From positions 2,820,001 to 2,852,000 of the forward strand of contig OW818675.1 in NCBI GenBank assembly GCA_942493095.1: a stretch of DNA of 32,000 nucleotides. Direction: 5' to 3'. The notes below the pieces were generated by a model. That model searched no databases. It saw nothing but the letters and a program-made list of their open reading frames with translations, and was not told where the DNA came from. The translations under genes and the position numbers were made by a program. Positions 15,557 through 25,047 of this stretch are shown here, piece by piece. The stretch is from Candidatus Electronema halotolerans. GTDB taxonomy: Bacteria; Desulfobacterota; Desulfobulbia; Desulfobulbales; Desulfobulbaceae. Positions within the stretch are counted from its first letter, which is position 1; each line of letters starts with the position of its first letter.

Positions 15557-17338
15557 ATGTCGAAGATACGCATTCTCTCAGATCAGCTCGCCAGCCGGAT
15601 TGCTGCGGGCGAGGTTGTGGAGCGGCCTGCTTCGGCGGTCAAGGAGCTGCTGGAAAACGCCCTTGATGCCGGGGCCGACCGGATCGACATGCAGGTGGAG
15701 GGCGACGGCACCCGTCTGATCCGGGTGGCGGACAATGGCTGCGGCATGGACCACGACGACGTGCTGCTCTGCTTGGAACGTCACGCCACCTCCAAACTGC
15801 ATGAGGCAAGCCAGCTCGAAGTTGTCACCACTCTCGGCTTTCGCGGCGAGGCCCTGCCCAGCATCGCCTCGGTCTCACGGCTGATCATCCTTTCCCGGCT
15901 GCGCAACAGCGGAGTCGGCACCCGGGCTGAAGTGCGCAGCGGCATTCTCCACGATGTCCATGAGGACGGCTGCGCCTATGGCACCGTGGTTGAGGTGCGC
16001 GGCCTGTTCAGCAATGTTCCGGCCCGGCGCAAGTTTCTCAAAAGCAGGCGCACTGAGCTGGCTCATATTGAGGAAGTGGTGCGCAGCCAAGCCCTTGCCT
16101 GCCCGGAGATCAGCTTTTCCCTGCTCATTGACAGCCGCACTGTGCTTGATCTGCCTGCGGCCAGCCCGGAAGAGCGGCTGCGGGCTGTCTGCCGCTGCCC
16201 AGCCGCGACGCTGCTCGAACTGACCGGAGAAGGCGCAGTGACAGTCAGAGGCTGGCTGCTCCTGCCGGAAGAGAGCGGTGCTGTGCCGCTGCGGCTCTGC
16301 GTCAACAGGCGGCCTGTGCAGGACCGGCTGCTCCGCCAGGCAGCGGCAGAGGGGCTGCACGGTCTGCTGATGACAAGGCAGCAGCCTGCTGGTGCGCTCC
16401 TGCTGGAGCTGGCCCCGGAATCAGCTGACATCAATGTTCATCCGGCCAAACGGGAAATCCGCTTCCGCAAGGCTGGCGAAGTGCAGGCCGCAGTGGTGCA
16501 GGCAGTGCAGGCGGCAGTGCAACGGCATCAGGAGCGGCTGCGTGCCCGCTTCTTTGCCGTTGGGCCGAACGATGATGCAGGGGCGATTCATGAATTGCCC
16601 CTGCAGCAAAAGTGTTGCACACTTGTAGGGGCGAAAGATTTTTCGTCCCTGCTGCCTCCACAAAATATCTACGTCGCCGAGCCGCAGCCGCCGTTCCGAG
16701 AACAATTTGCCATGCCGCCGGAAACGTCGGTCGCCGCGAGCAGCCCTCCTCTGCTGCTTGAGCCGGAACAGCAAGGCAGGCTGCGGCTGATCGGGCAGTT
16801 CGCCAAGCTCTACCTGCTCTGCGAGCTGGAGGACCAGCTGGTGGTGATTGATCAGCACGCTGCCCACGAGCGCATTCTTTATGAGCAGCTTAAACAGCAT
16901 TATGAGCAGCAGTCTGCCAGCCAGAGCCTGCTCTTTCCAGTCACTGTTGAGCTGGGGCCGGAGCAGGCCGAGCTGCTGGAGCAGGAGGCGGCAACCGTGG
17001 CCAAGCTGGGCCTGACAGCGGAATTTTTTGGCGGCAGCACCTGGCTGATCAAAGCCCTGCCTGCCGCAGTCGCGCATCTGCCTGCCGAGGAGGTGCTGGA
17101 CGACATGCTCACCGCTCTGGCGGCCAAGCTGCCTGACTGCATTGACAAGCTCTTTGCCTCCTTGGCCTGCAAGGCGGCAGTCAAGGCTGGAAACCGCCTC
17201 CAGCCGCCGGAGATGCTGGCTTTGCTCGAAGCAATGGGCGGCAGCGCATTCTTCTCCCATTGCCCGCATGGCCGCCCAGTGCTGAAAACTTTTTCCCGGC
17301 AGGAGGTGGAAAAATGGTTTCTGCGCAGCAGAAGTTGA
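15557..17338 (+). CDS. mutL: DNA mismatch repair protein MutL
   Basis: IRILSDQLASRIAAGEVVERPASAVKELLENALDAGADRIDMQVEGDGTRLIRVADNGCGM...ATSKL...TLGFRGEALPSIASVS. Start trimmed from 15491. Confidence 0.96.
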   Translation: MSKIRILSDQLASRIAAGEVVERPASAVKELLENALDAGADRIDMQVEGDGTRLIRVADNGCGMDHDDVLLCLERHATSKLHEASQLEVVTTLGFRGEALPSIASVSRLIILSRLRNSGVGTRAEVRSGILHDVHEDGCAYGTVVEVRGLFSNVPARRKFLKSRRTELAHIEEVVRSQALACPEISFSLLIDSRTVLDLPAASPEERLRAVCRCPAATLLELTGEGAVTVRGWLLLPEESGAVPLRLCVNRRPVQDRLLRQAAAEGLHGLLMTRQQPAGALLLELAPESADINVHPAKREIRFRKAGEVQAAVVQAVQAAVQRHQERLRARFFAVGPNDDAGAIHELPLQQKCCTLVGAKDFSSLLPPQNIYVAEPQPPFREQFAMPPETSVAASSPPLLLEPEQQGRLRLIGQFAKLYLLCELEDQLVVIDQHAAHERILYEQLKQHYEQQSASQSLLFPVTVELGPEQAELLEQEAATVAKLGLTAEFFGGSTWLIKALPAAVAHLPAEEVLDDMLTALAAKLPDCIDKLFASLACKAAVKAGNRLQPPEMLALLEAMGGSAFFSHCPHGRPVLKTFSRQEVEKWFLRSRS

Positions 17339-17496
17339 AAAGCATCTGCGTTTCTGGCTGAATAAGGGGAGCAATCTGAAACGAAATTGTGTTATAATAG
17401 TGGAATATTTTTCTTGATGTCTTTACATTTCATGCTGTTATTGAACATATTCCACTTTTGTGAATATGCACGATAAATATTTTCAGGAGCAACCCA

Positions 17497-18918
17497 ATGA
17501 ACACCAAAGAACGGATGGCCATTCCCCGCCAGCATCCTCATGAACTTACGCCCGCTGACCGGATCAAAGGATTCGCAGAAGTCACGGCTGGTTACGACGA
17601 GAAAACCGCCCTGCTGGAGGCGAACCGCTGTCTGCAATGCAAGAAGCCCGCCTGTGTGCAGGGCTGCCCGATTCATAATGACATCCCCGGCTTCATCGCT
17701 CTGCTGCGGGAGAAAAAATTTGAGGAAGCCTATTGGAAGGTGCGCGAGACCAGCACCATGCCCTCGGTCTGCTCCCGCGTCTGTCCGCATGAATTTCAGT
17801 GCGAGGGAAGCTGTGTCCGGGGCAAAAAAGGCGAGCCAGTGGCCATCGGCATGCTGGAGCGCTATCTGACCGATTGGATGGTGGCCAACCGCAAGTCTCT
17901 GGCTCATGCCTGCGCCATGCCCAATGGCCGCAAGGCCGCCATTGTCGGCTCTGGTCCGGCAGGCATCACCGCCGCCTACATCCTTGCTCATCAGGGCTAT
18001 AAATGCACGATTTACGAGGCCTTGCCGGTCTTTGGCGGCATGCTCTCCGTCGGCATTCCTCACTACCGCCTGCCCCGCGACATCATCGGCGCGGAGCTGG
18101 CCTCGCTCAAAAGCTGCGGCGTGGAGATCAAACTCGGTGTGACCATTGGCAAGGACAAAACCTTGCAGGAGCTGCGCGAAGACGGCTATGAGGCGGTGTT
18201 CATCGGCATTGGTACTCATGCGGGCAAGCGGCTCGGCATTGAGGGCGAGGAGGACACCAAAGGCGTGCTGCACGGTGTTGATTACCTGCGGCGGGTGCTG
18301 ACCGGCGAAGAGGTCAAGATCGGCAGAAAAGTGGTGGTGGTCGGCGGCGGCAACGTGGCCATTGACGTGGCCCGCACTGCCTTGCGCACCGGCTCGGATC
18401 AGGTCTTCATCCTCTACCGCCGCACAAAAGAGGAGATGCCCGCATCAAAAGAAGAAGTGCGGCACTTGGAGGAGGAAGGGGTGCGGATCGAGTTCCTCGC
18501 CGCGCCGGTCAAGGTTCATGCTGATGCTGACGGCCAGATGACCGGGCTGGAGTGTGTGCGGATGAGCCTAGGTGAGGCGGACGACTCAGGCCGCCGCCGC
18601 CCGGTGATGATCGAAGGCTCAAACTTTGTCATTGAGGCGGATGCGGTCATTCCGGCCATCAGCCAGACAGTGCAGCATGAGGCGGACGCAGGCACGGACT
18701 TGAAGCTGGAATCGTGGGGCACGTACTCGGTCAATCCCCGTACCCTGCAAACCTCGGTGCCGTGGATTTTCGCAGGCGGCGATGACGTGCTCGGCCCGCA
18801 GACAGCGGCCAAGGCGGTCTATCAGGGCAAAGTGGCGGCAGAATCCATGCAGCGGTATATGGAAGGCCTTGACCTTGAAGAAGGGCGCACGCTGTCCTGC
18901 TACATGGTGACGTGGTAA
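17497..18918 (+). CDS. gltD: Glutamate synthase small subunit-like NAD(P)H oxidoreductase
   Basis: RCLQCKKPACVQGCPIHNDIPGFI, VCSRVCPHEFQCEGSCVRG, AIVGSGPAGITAAYILA, VVVVGGGNVAIDVARTA, FAGGDDVLGPQTAAKAV. Confidence 0.85.
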   Translation: MNTKERMAIPRQHPHELTPADRIKGFAEVTAGYDEKTALLEANRCLQCKKPACVQGCPIHNDIPGFIALLREKKFEEAYWKVRETSTMPSVCSRVCPHEFQCEGSCVRGKKGEPVAIGMLERYLTDWMVANRKSLAHACAMPNGRKAAIVGSGPAGITAAYILAHQGYKCTIYEALPVFGGMLSVGIPHYRLPRDIIGAELASLKSCGVEIKLGVTIGKDKTLQELREDGYEAVFIGIGTHAGKRLGIEGEEDTKGVLHGVDYLRRVLTGEEVKIGRKVVVVGGGNVAIDVARTALRTGSDQVFILYRRTKEEMPASKEEVRHLEEEGVRIEFLAAPVKVHADADGQMTGLECVRMSLGEADDSGRRRPVMIEGSNFVIEADAVIPAISQTVQHEADAGTDLKLESWGTYSVNPRTLQTSVPWIFAGGDDVLGPQTAAKAVYQGKVAAESMQRYMEGLDLEEGRTLSCYMVTW

Positions 18919-18959
18919 GGGACAGCTCACTTCTTGAGGAGAAGATGCAGGGCAGGCGC

Positions 18960-18999
18960 GAGCGTTGATTTTGTCCGAATTTCAACAAAATCAACGCTC
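18960..18999. repeat. Perfect 15-bp inverted repeat, 10-nt loop
   Basis: GAGCGTTGATTTTGT-CCGAATTTCA-ACAAAATCAACGCTC; lies between convergent gltD-like and cdaR-like genes. Confidence 0.95.
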
Positions 19000-19109
19000 A
19001 TGCCGTACATCTGACTGTCCTCCGCCCGTGCCGCAGGCTGAAGGTCAGGGCTGCATGCCTGCGGCCAAGTGTCATCAGTGACCCAAGCATTGAGATGCAA
19101 CGAGTTAAA

Positions 19110-20117
19110 CTATCGTTGTTTTTTCTCCTCCGCCTTGTCAGGCGCTTTCCAATTGCTCCCCAGAACCTTCACTTCCTGGGGAGTGTAGGATTTGATGACA
19201 ATCGGCTCATGACCGGAAATGCTCACACTGGAGACCTCCACTGGAGCTTTGCGCGGCAGCGGCGCATCGCCGACCTGCACAGAGGCGGTGAACAGCAGGG
19301 ACAGGCTGTGAGAATTAGCGGCCAGACGTTCCGGCAGACTGGCAAAGACAGAAACAGTGTCCGGTTCAAAGGAAACCTGCGCCGCCGCATCGGCAGCCTT
19401 GATCGGGATATTGTAAACAATTTTCTCAACAAACTTTTCCTGCACTGTGATCTTGGCCGCCACTGAGGTCTCGCCGATCAGGCTCATCAGCTCTGAGGAA
19501 AGTGCCAGATTGACAGGGATTGTTTCTGACCGCGTCCGGCCTTCCAAATCAATGGGCACGGTTTTCAAGGCCGTCTGCTGCTCCAAAAGGGATTGCGGCC
19601 CGGAGACAAGAATCTTGTCCGGTGAGAGCGTGACCTCTTTGAGCGCATACCCCAGTCCAACCTTGCCTTTGATCTGCGCTTCCACAGGAATATTCCGCTG
19701 GGCCAGTTGGTCAATGGACAGCGTGATGCTGGCCGGTTGAATCCGCAGCACAGCAATGCCGCTGGGCAGCTGGAAGGGCAGGCTGTCGGTGCTGAGGACC
19801 ACCGTGTCAGGCACGGCCTGCGACAGATCAACCGGCAGGGAGAGATTGCGGTTGCGCATTTCCTGCATGATGGTGCGGGGGCCGCGCAGCGTCACCTCCA
19901 CCTCCTTCTGATACTGGTTGTAGATAACCAGCTGTTTCGGCAGGTTGAGAATCTCAATTGGCACGGTCAGGGTCATGTCCATCTGATCCGCGCCCACCAC
20001 CAGCAGCCAGATCAGGATGCCAAGGCCGAGCGAGACCAAGATCAGCAGCAGTTCCTGGCAGTTTTTCCGCGTATTATTTTTTTTCAGTTTCACGACCGGA
20101 CTTTTCGGTTGCTCCAT
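19110..20117 (-). CDS. cdaR: YbbR-domain protein (CdaR-like)
   Basis: TM near N-terminus then repeated YbbR-like units (LTVPIEILNLPKQLVIYNQYQKEVEVTLRGPRTIM..., IPVEAQIKGKVGLGYALKEVTLSPDKILVSGP...); overlaps cdaA. Confidence 0.82.
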   Translation of the reverse strand: MEQPKSPVVKLKKNNTRKNCQELLLILVSLGLGILIWLLVVGADQMDMTLTVPIEILNLPKQLVIYNQYQKEVEVTLRGPRTIMQEMRNRNLSLPVDLSQAVPDTVVLSTDSLPFQLPSGIAVLRIQPASITLSIDQLAQRNIPVEAQIKGKVGLGYALKEVTLSPDKILVSGPQSLLEQQTALKTVPIDLEGRTRSETIPVNLALSSELMSLIGETSVAAKITVQEKFVEKIVYNIPIKAADAAAQVSFEPDTVSVFASLPERLAANSHSLSLLFTASVQVGDAPLPRKAPVEVSSVSISGHEPIVIKSYTPQEVKVLGSNWKAPDKAEEKKQR

Positions 20118-20911
20118 TTTTTCCAGAAAGGATTTTTCTGTTTTGGGATCAGCAGAATGTCTTTGAGAACAGTCTCCAGCTTTTCCTCATCCCGCATGGG
20201 CGTGATGCAGCCGCCTTGGACAATGGAAATTTCCTGCGTTTCCTCAGAAACCGTGATGATGACCGCATCCGTCATTTCCGACAGGCCCAGCGCGGCCCGA
20301 TGCCTCATGCCGTAGCGTTTGTCAACCGCGAGATTTTTCGACAGGGGCAGGACGCAGGCGGCGGAATGAATGCGGCCTTTCTTGATCACCACCGCGCCGT
20401 CATGCAGAGGTGATTTGGTGTGAAAAATCGCCACCAGCAGCTCCTGCACCAGCTTGCTGTCAATGATGAAGCCGGTTTCAATATATTCTTGGAGACCGGT
20501 TTCCCGCTCAATGATGATCAGCGCGCCGATGCGCCGCCGCGACAGTGTGACAGCGGCGGAAATGATCTGGGTCAGGCTGTCCGCAGCGATCCTGCCGCTC
20601 TTCATGAACGGCGTTCTGCCCATTTCAGTCAGGGCGCGGCGGATATCATCCTGAAAAATGATGACAATGATCAGGAGAATGGAACTGAGCAGCGAGCGGA
20701 GCAGAAGCTGGAGGGCCAGCAGGTCCAAGGTGGTGGAAAGAAAATAGAGCAGGGCGACGACTAATGCGCCGACCAGCATCTGCACGGCCCTGGTGCCCCG
20801 GATCAGGAGGATGATCCGGTGGACAATGAAGGATACGATCAGAATATCAACGATATCCTGCCAGCGGAGCGGATTCGGGAGGCTGAAGTAGCTGAACAGT
20901 TCGTGGTGCAT
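20090..20911 (-). CDS. cdaA: Diadenylate cyclase CdaA
   Basis: Three TM segments then DAC domain: FHTKSPLHDGAVVIKKGRI...YGMRHRAALGLSEMTDAVIITVSEE. Confidence 0.93.
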   Translation of the reverse strand: MHHELFSYFSLPNPLRWQDIVDILIVSFIVHRIILLIRGTRAVQMLVGALVVALLYFLSTTLDLLALQLLLRSLLSSILLIIVIIFQDDIRRALTEMGRTPFMKSGRIAADSLTQIISAAVTLSRRRIGALIIIERETGLQEYIETGFIIDSKLVQELLVAIFHTKSPLHDGAVVIKKGRIHSAACVLPLSKNLAVDKRYGMRHRAALGLSEMTDAVIITVSEETQEISIVQGGCITPMRDEEKLETVLKDILLIPKQKNPFWKKWSNRKVRS

Positions 20912-21142
20912 GAACAGAGAATGAAAAAATGCGCGTCAAAGCAGATTAAAAATTACCATTTTTGTATAACATGCTGCTCTGATTCTGAACAGGGTAAAAA
21001 AGAAGCAGCGCCGATTTTTTTTCAGGAATGGCAAAATAAAAAGCAGGCAGGTCAGTTCCAGCTTGACACGCGAAGATTGGTTCGGTAGAGAATTGTTCAG
21101 CTGCATTTTTCTCTGACACCTTTACCCTGCGCCGATGCCGCC

Positions 21143-21592
21143 ATGATTGTGGAACAGCACTGCTTGAAAAAACGATTGAAACCTGGCGTGGGTCGTTCCG
21201 CGCATCTCTTTGCCGCCCCGTTCATCTGGACAGCGGTCGGCATAGTCCTGATGGAGCGGGGGCTGGGCTGGATGGGCCTGCACCTGACCCTGCGCCTGCT
21301 GCTCATCGCCCTGCTGGCTGGAACCGCCAAATCCCTGACCGTGCTGGACCGGACCGCCAAGAAAGGGCTGCGCCGGATCATGGGCTTTGGCGACAGCACC
21401 TGCATTGGCGCAGTTTATCCTTGGAAAACATGGCTCTTGGTTGTGCTGATGATGGTGCTCGGCATCACCCTGCGCAAACTGACCCATCCCGGCGCAATCA
21501 TCGGCGCGATCTATTTTGCCATTGGCTGGGCGCTGCTGTTGTCGAGTCGGCATGGCTGGACGCAGTGGCTGCGGCAGATCGGCCGCAAATGA
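21143..21592 (+). CDS. Hypothetical small integral membrane protein
   Basis: 149 aa with several hydrophobic segments; stop overlaps the alr start (ATGA). Confidence 0.6.
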   Translation: MIVEQHCLKKRLKPGVGRSAHLFAAPFIWTAVGIVLMERGLGWMGLHLTLRLLLIALLAGTAKSLTVLDRTAKKGLRRIMGFGDSTCIGAVYPWKTWLLVVLMMVLGITLRKLTHPGAIIGAIYFAIGWALLLSSRHGWTQWLRQIGRK

Positions 21593-22740
21593 AAGAGAAT
21601 GTCAGCGAGCTGTACCGTCGGGCCGCCGCAGTGGTGGATTTGGCCTGCATCCAGGACAATCTGGCTGTGGTGCGGGAAAAGGTGCCAGGCCGCAAGATCA
21701 TCGCCATGATCAAGGCCAATGCTTACGGGCACGGCCTGCGGCAGGTGGGAGCGCATCTGGCTGCGGCAGGGGTTGACTATCTTGGTGCCGCCTATATTGA
21801 AGAGGCTTTGGAGCTGCGTCGGGCCGGGATCACCATTCCGATCATCACCTCCGGCCCATTCTCTAAATTTCAGATTGGCCTGTTCATTGAAAATCAGATT
21901 GATTTCACGGTTGCTTCTGTTGACGCGCTTCAGCTCATCAGCGAATCTGCTGCCTTTTACAAAAAGCGGGTCAATGTCCATCTGAAAGTTGACACTGGCA
22001 TGATGCGGATCGGCATCCGTCATTCCAACGCGCAGCAGCTTTTTGAGGCGGCCTTGCGGGCGGAAAAGCAGGTCAACGTCGTTTCCCTGCTCTCCCATTT
22101 TGCTGGTGCTGACAGTGAAGACCTCAGCTTTGCCCGCCTTCAGCTTGAACGCTTTCTGGAGGCCGCCCATTTTTACGACCAGCGCAGTCTTCCCAACCCC
22201 CTGCTTCATATTGCCAATTCAGCCGCCATCCTGCGAATGCCAGAAAGCCTGCTCGACATGGTCAGGCCAGGCATCATGCTCTACGGGTATCATCCCTCCA
22301 AGCATTCCGAAGCTGAAGCGCAGCTGCGGCCTGCCCTGTCCTTCCGGGCCAAAGTTATGTATTTCAAGGTGATTTTCAAAGGCAGTTCAGTCAGTTACGG
22401 CGGAACATGGACTGCGCCGGAAAACTGCCGGGCTGTCACCCTGCCAATCGGCTATGGCGACGGTTATCCACGCGGCCTGTCCAACAAGGGGCAGGTGCTG
22501 CTGCACGGCAGGCGGTATCCAGTGGCCGGCACGGTCTGCATGGATCAAACAATCGTCAATATTGGCAATGGCGAGGCGCACAACGGGGACGAGGCAGTGC
22601 TGATCGGCAGGCAGGGCGATGAAGTCATCACAGCGGACGACATTGCCGCCCAGCTCGGCACGATCAGCTACGAGGTGCTGACCGGCATCAGCCAGCGAGT
22701 GCCGAGGATTTATCTCAACAGCACAGCCGGGTCAGACTAA
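21589..22740 (+). CDS. alr: Alanine racemase
   Basis: AAAVVDLACIQDNLAVVREKVPGRKIIAMIKANAYGHGLRQV (PLP Lys motif), VKVDTGMMRIGI, PGIMLYGYHP, GYGDGYPRGLSNKG, AGTVCMDQTIV. Confidence 0.95.
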   Translation: MKENVSELYRRAAAVVDLACIQDNLAVVREKVPGRKIIAMIKANAYGHGLRQVGAHLAAAGVDYLGAAYIEEALELRRAGITIPIITSGPFSKFQIGLFIENQIDFTVASVDALQLISESAAFYKKRVNVHLKVDTGMMRIGIRHSNAQQLFEAALRAEKQVNVVSLLSHFAGADSEDLSFARLQLERFLEAAHFYDQRSLPNPLLHIANSAAILRMPESLLDMVRPGIMLYGYHPSKHSEAEAQLRPALSFRAKVMYFKVIFKGSSVSYGGTWTAPENCRAVTLPIGYGDGYPRGLSNKGQVLLHGRRYPVAGTVCMDQTIVNIGNGEAHNGDEAVLIGRQGDEVITADDIAAQLGTISYEVLTGISQRVPRIYLNSTAGSD

Positions 22741-23853
22741 TTCAGCCATCACGGTATTGGCAAGCAGCAGGCCCGCTGTGGTCAGGCGCAGGTATTCCTG
22801 AACAATTTCAATCATTCTTAGCTTGATGAGCCGCATCAGCGTTTCGCCGTAATAGCTTGCAGCATCAATGCCGAAACGGCGGTGCAGTTCCAGCAGCGAC
22901 ACACCTGCGGTCATCCGCAGGCATAAGACCACTGTTTCCCGGAAGGCCGCTTCTTGATCTAATGTTTCCCTGTCCTGCCAGACATCCTCTCCTGTTTCCA
23001 TCCGGCGGCAGAATTCATCCACATCAGCAACTGCGGTGCAGCGGGTGCCAGCAATAGAGGATACCGCGCTTGGCCCTAAGCCTATCCAGTCGCCATTTCG
23101 CCAGTAGTTGATATTATGGCGGCATTCATAGCCGGGCTGGGCATAGTTGGAAATCTCATAGCGGCGGAAACCTGCTTGGCTGACCATCTGCCCGGTTGCC
23201 TCCAGCATCCGCAGCACAGTGTCCTCATCCGGCAGCGGCAGTTCGTCGCGTTCCTGCTGGCGGGCAAAAGGAGTGCCTGCCTCAATCGTCAGCTCGTAGA
23301 TGGACAGATGCTGGGGCGCGAGCCGCAGGGCTTGCGCAAGCGTGGCCTGCCATGTTCGCAGGGTCTGGCCCGGAAGAGCATACATCAAGTCCAAACCAAT
23401 ATTTGTAAATCCTGCCTTGCGGGCCAAGCAGACAGTCTGCACTGCATCTGCGGCACTGTGCGGACGGCCCAAACGTTGCAGCTCCGTATTCTGAAACGAC
23501 TGCACACCAATGGACAGGCGGTTCCAGCCCGCCAGCCGCAGGGTTTGCAGAGCGGACAGATCAACAGTGGCCGGATTGACTTCAATTGAAATTTCCGCCT
23601 CTTCGATGCAACGGAACTGCTGACGGCACTCAGTCAGCAGATGGCGCAGAGTCTCCGGCGGCAGCATGGTCGGGGTGCCGCCGCCGAAAAAAATGCTGGT
23701 CAGCGACCGGGCGGCTGAAATTTGCTGAAGTTGCCTGCTGACAGCGGCAAGATATGGGCGGCAATCCCGGCGACTTGGCAGCGAGTAAAAGCTGCAATAA
23801 GCGCATTTTTTCAGGCAGAAGGGCACATGGAGATAAAGGCCGAGGTCACTCAT
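22732..23853 (-). CDS. hemW: HemW-like radical SAM protein
   Basis: LGLYLHVPFCLKKCAYCSFYSL, SIFFGGGTPTMLPPETLRHLL, NRLSIGVQSFQ, GLDLMYALPGQT. Confidence 0.92.
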   Translation of the reverse strand: MSDLGLYLHVPFCLKKCAYCSFYSLPSRRDCRPYLAAVSRQLQQISAARSLTSIFFGGGTPTMLPPETLRHLLTECRQQFRCIEEAEISIEVNPATVDLSALQTLRLAGWNRLSIGVQSFQNTELQRLGRPHSAADAVQTVCLARKAGFTNIGLDLMYALPGQTLRTWQATLAQALRLAPQHLSIYELTIEAGTPFARQQERDELPLPDEDTVLRMLEATGQMVSQAGFRRYEISNYAQPGYECRHNINYWRNGDWIGLGPSAVSSIAGTRCTAVADVDEFCRRMETGEDVWQDRETLDQEAAFRETVVLCLRMTAGVSLLELHRRFGIDAASYYGETLMRLIKLRMIEIVQEYLRLTTAGLLLANTVMAELV

Positions 23854-23980
23854 CTCTCAGGCAGCCGCCGTGCTGACCCTGCCGATTTTTAAAATAATTT
23901 TCTGGCAAGCGCGCCACGCTTCTTTTATAATAGAAGAAGTAAAAATAATTGCACAATTCAACCAAGGGAGAACTACGGTC

Positions 23981-24325
23981 ATGGTACGTAATATAGTGAT
24001 TACTCTGGTGTTAGTTTTAATCTGTGTCCCGTCGTGGCAGATCGGCTCGATCATGATTCAAAAAAAGCAGGTCCAACATCTGCTGGAGGAGCAGGCCAAC
24101 AGCATCAAAAGGCAGTCTTTCAATGCGGATATGGTGAAGAAAAACCTCAAAGCGCAGCTAGAGATCATGGAACTGCCCAGCAACTTCACCCTTGAGAGCT
24201 TGGCACGCTGGGAGATTAAAATCAAATATGAGTACAACGCTGCGGCCAGCGTGTTCGGCCATACTTACTATGAAGTGAGCGAGACGCTGGAGGCATCGAC
24301 AGAAGACGGCAAGTTCAATCGGTAA
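23981..24325 (+). CDS. Hypothetical protein with N-terminal TM/signal anchor
   Basis: ATG 23981 (MVRNIVITLVLVLICVPSWQIGSIMIQKKQVQHLLEEQ...), 114 aa; start trimmed from 23870. Confidence 0.65.
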   Translation: MVRNIVITLVLVLICVPSWQIGSIMIQKKQVQHLLEEQANSIKRQSFNADMVKKNLKAQLEIMELPSNFTLESLARWEIKIKYEYNAAASVFGHTYYEVSETLEASTEDGKFNR

Positions 24326-24392
24326 AGAGATGAAGATGACGGCGGCATGTCCGCCGTCATCTTCAGATGCTCTCAACGGGCATTTCAGATTA

Positions 24393-24998
24393 TCAGCCTG
24401 CTTTTCTTATGAATCCGCTTCCCAAGACAAAAACCTCCCGGCTCTCGTTGCGGGAACTTTGCGGCTTGATCACCTTGACATTCGCAAAGAGCGGTTTGCA
24501 TTCCTGAAGAAAGGCAGGAAAATCCTCGCCCTGAAAAACCTTGCAGTACAAGCTGCCGTTTTGGTGCAGGAGCAGCCCGGCCAGCTCCACAGCCCGGCGC
24601 ACCAAGCGCAGCGACTGCTGATGGTCGGCAAAGCGGCTGCCAGTAGTTGCCGGGGCCATGTCGCTGATCAAAACATGAAAGCCGGGCCAGTGTCTGCGCA
24701 GTTCGGCAAGCAATTCATCCGAATAAACATCATAACAGAGCCAGTGTAGCTCGGCCTGATCTTTTGGGGCTGGAATGTCTGTGGGCTGAATATCCACGCC
24801 AACGACAATCCCGCCGCTGCCAATGATCTTGGCCGTGTACAGACTCCAGCTACCTGGATGGCAGCCCAAATCAAGCACCCGCTGCCTGCGCTTGAGAAAT
24901 TTATACTTTTTCTGCGCCTCCTCCAATTTATAAACCGAACGGGCCGGGTAGTTTTCCTTCTTTGCCTTGTGAAAATAAAAATCCTGCTCTTTGCGCAT
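24393..24998 (-). CDS. rlmE: 23S rRNA (uridine(2552)-2'-O)-methyltransferase RlmE
   Basis: DFYFHKAKKENYPARSVYKLEEAQKKYKFLKRRQRVLDLGCHPGSWSLYTA...SDMAPATTGSRFADHQQSLRLV...KVFQGEDFPAFL. Confidence 0.92.
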   Translation of the reverse strand: MRKEQDFYFHKAKKENYPARSVYKLEEAQKKYKFLKRRQRVLDLGCHPGSWSLYTAKIIGSGGIVVGVDIQPTDIPAPKDQAELHWLCYDVYSDELLAELRRHWPGFHVLISDMAPATTGSRFADHQQSLRLVRRAVELAGLLLHQNGSLYCKVFQGEDFPAFLQECKPLFANVKVIKPQSSRNESREVFVLGSGFIRKAG

Positions 24999-25047
24999 GA
25001 GAAAGCTTCAGAAAATTAGTTGATTGCGGCGAGCTTCCCGCTCCTGT

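Noticed and set aside
17392-18273. 293-aa minus-strand ORF
   Set aside because: Antisense to the gltD-like gene and covers its start; no recognisable domain.
22732-22740. 9-nt convergent overlap between alr and hemW
   Set aside because: Ordinary tail-to-tail overlap in compact genomes.
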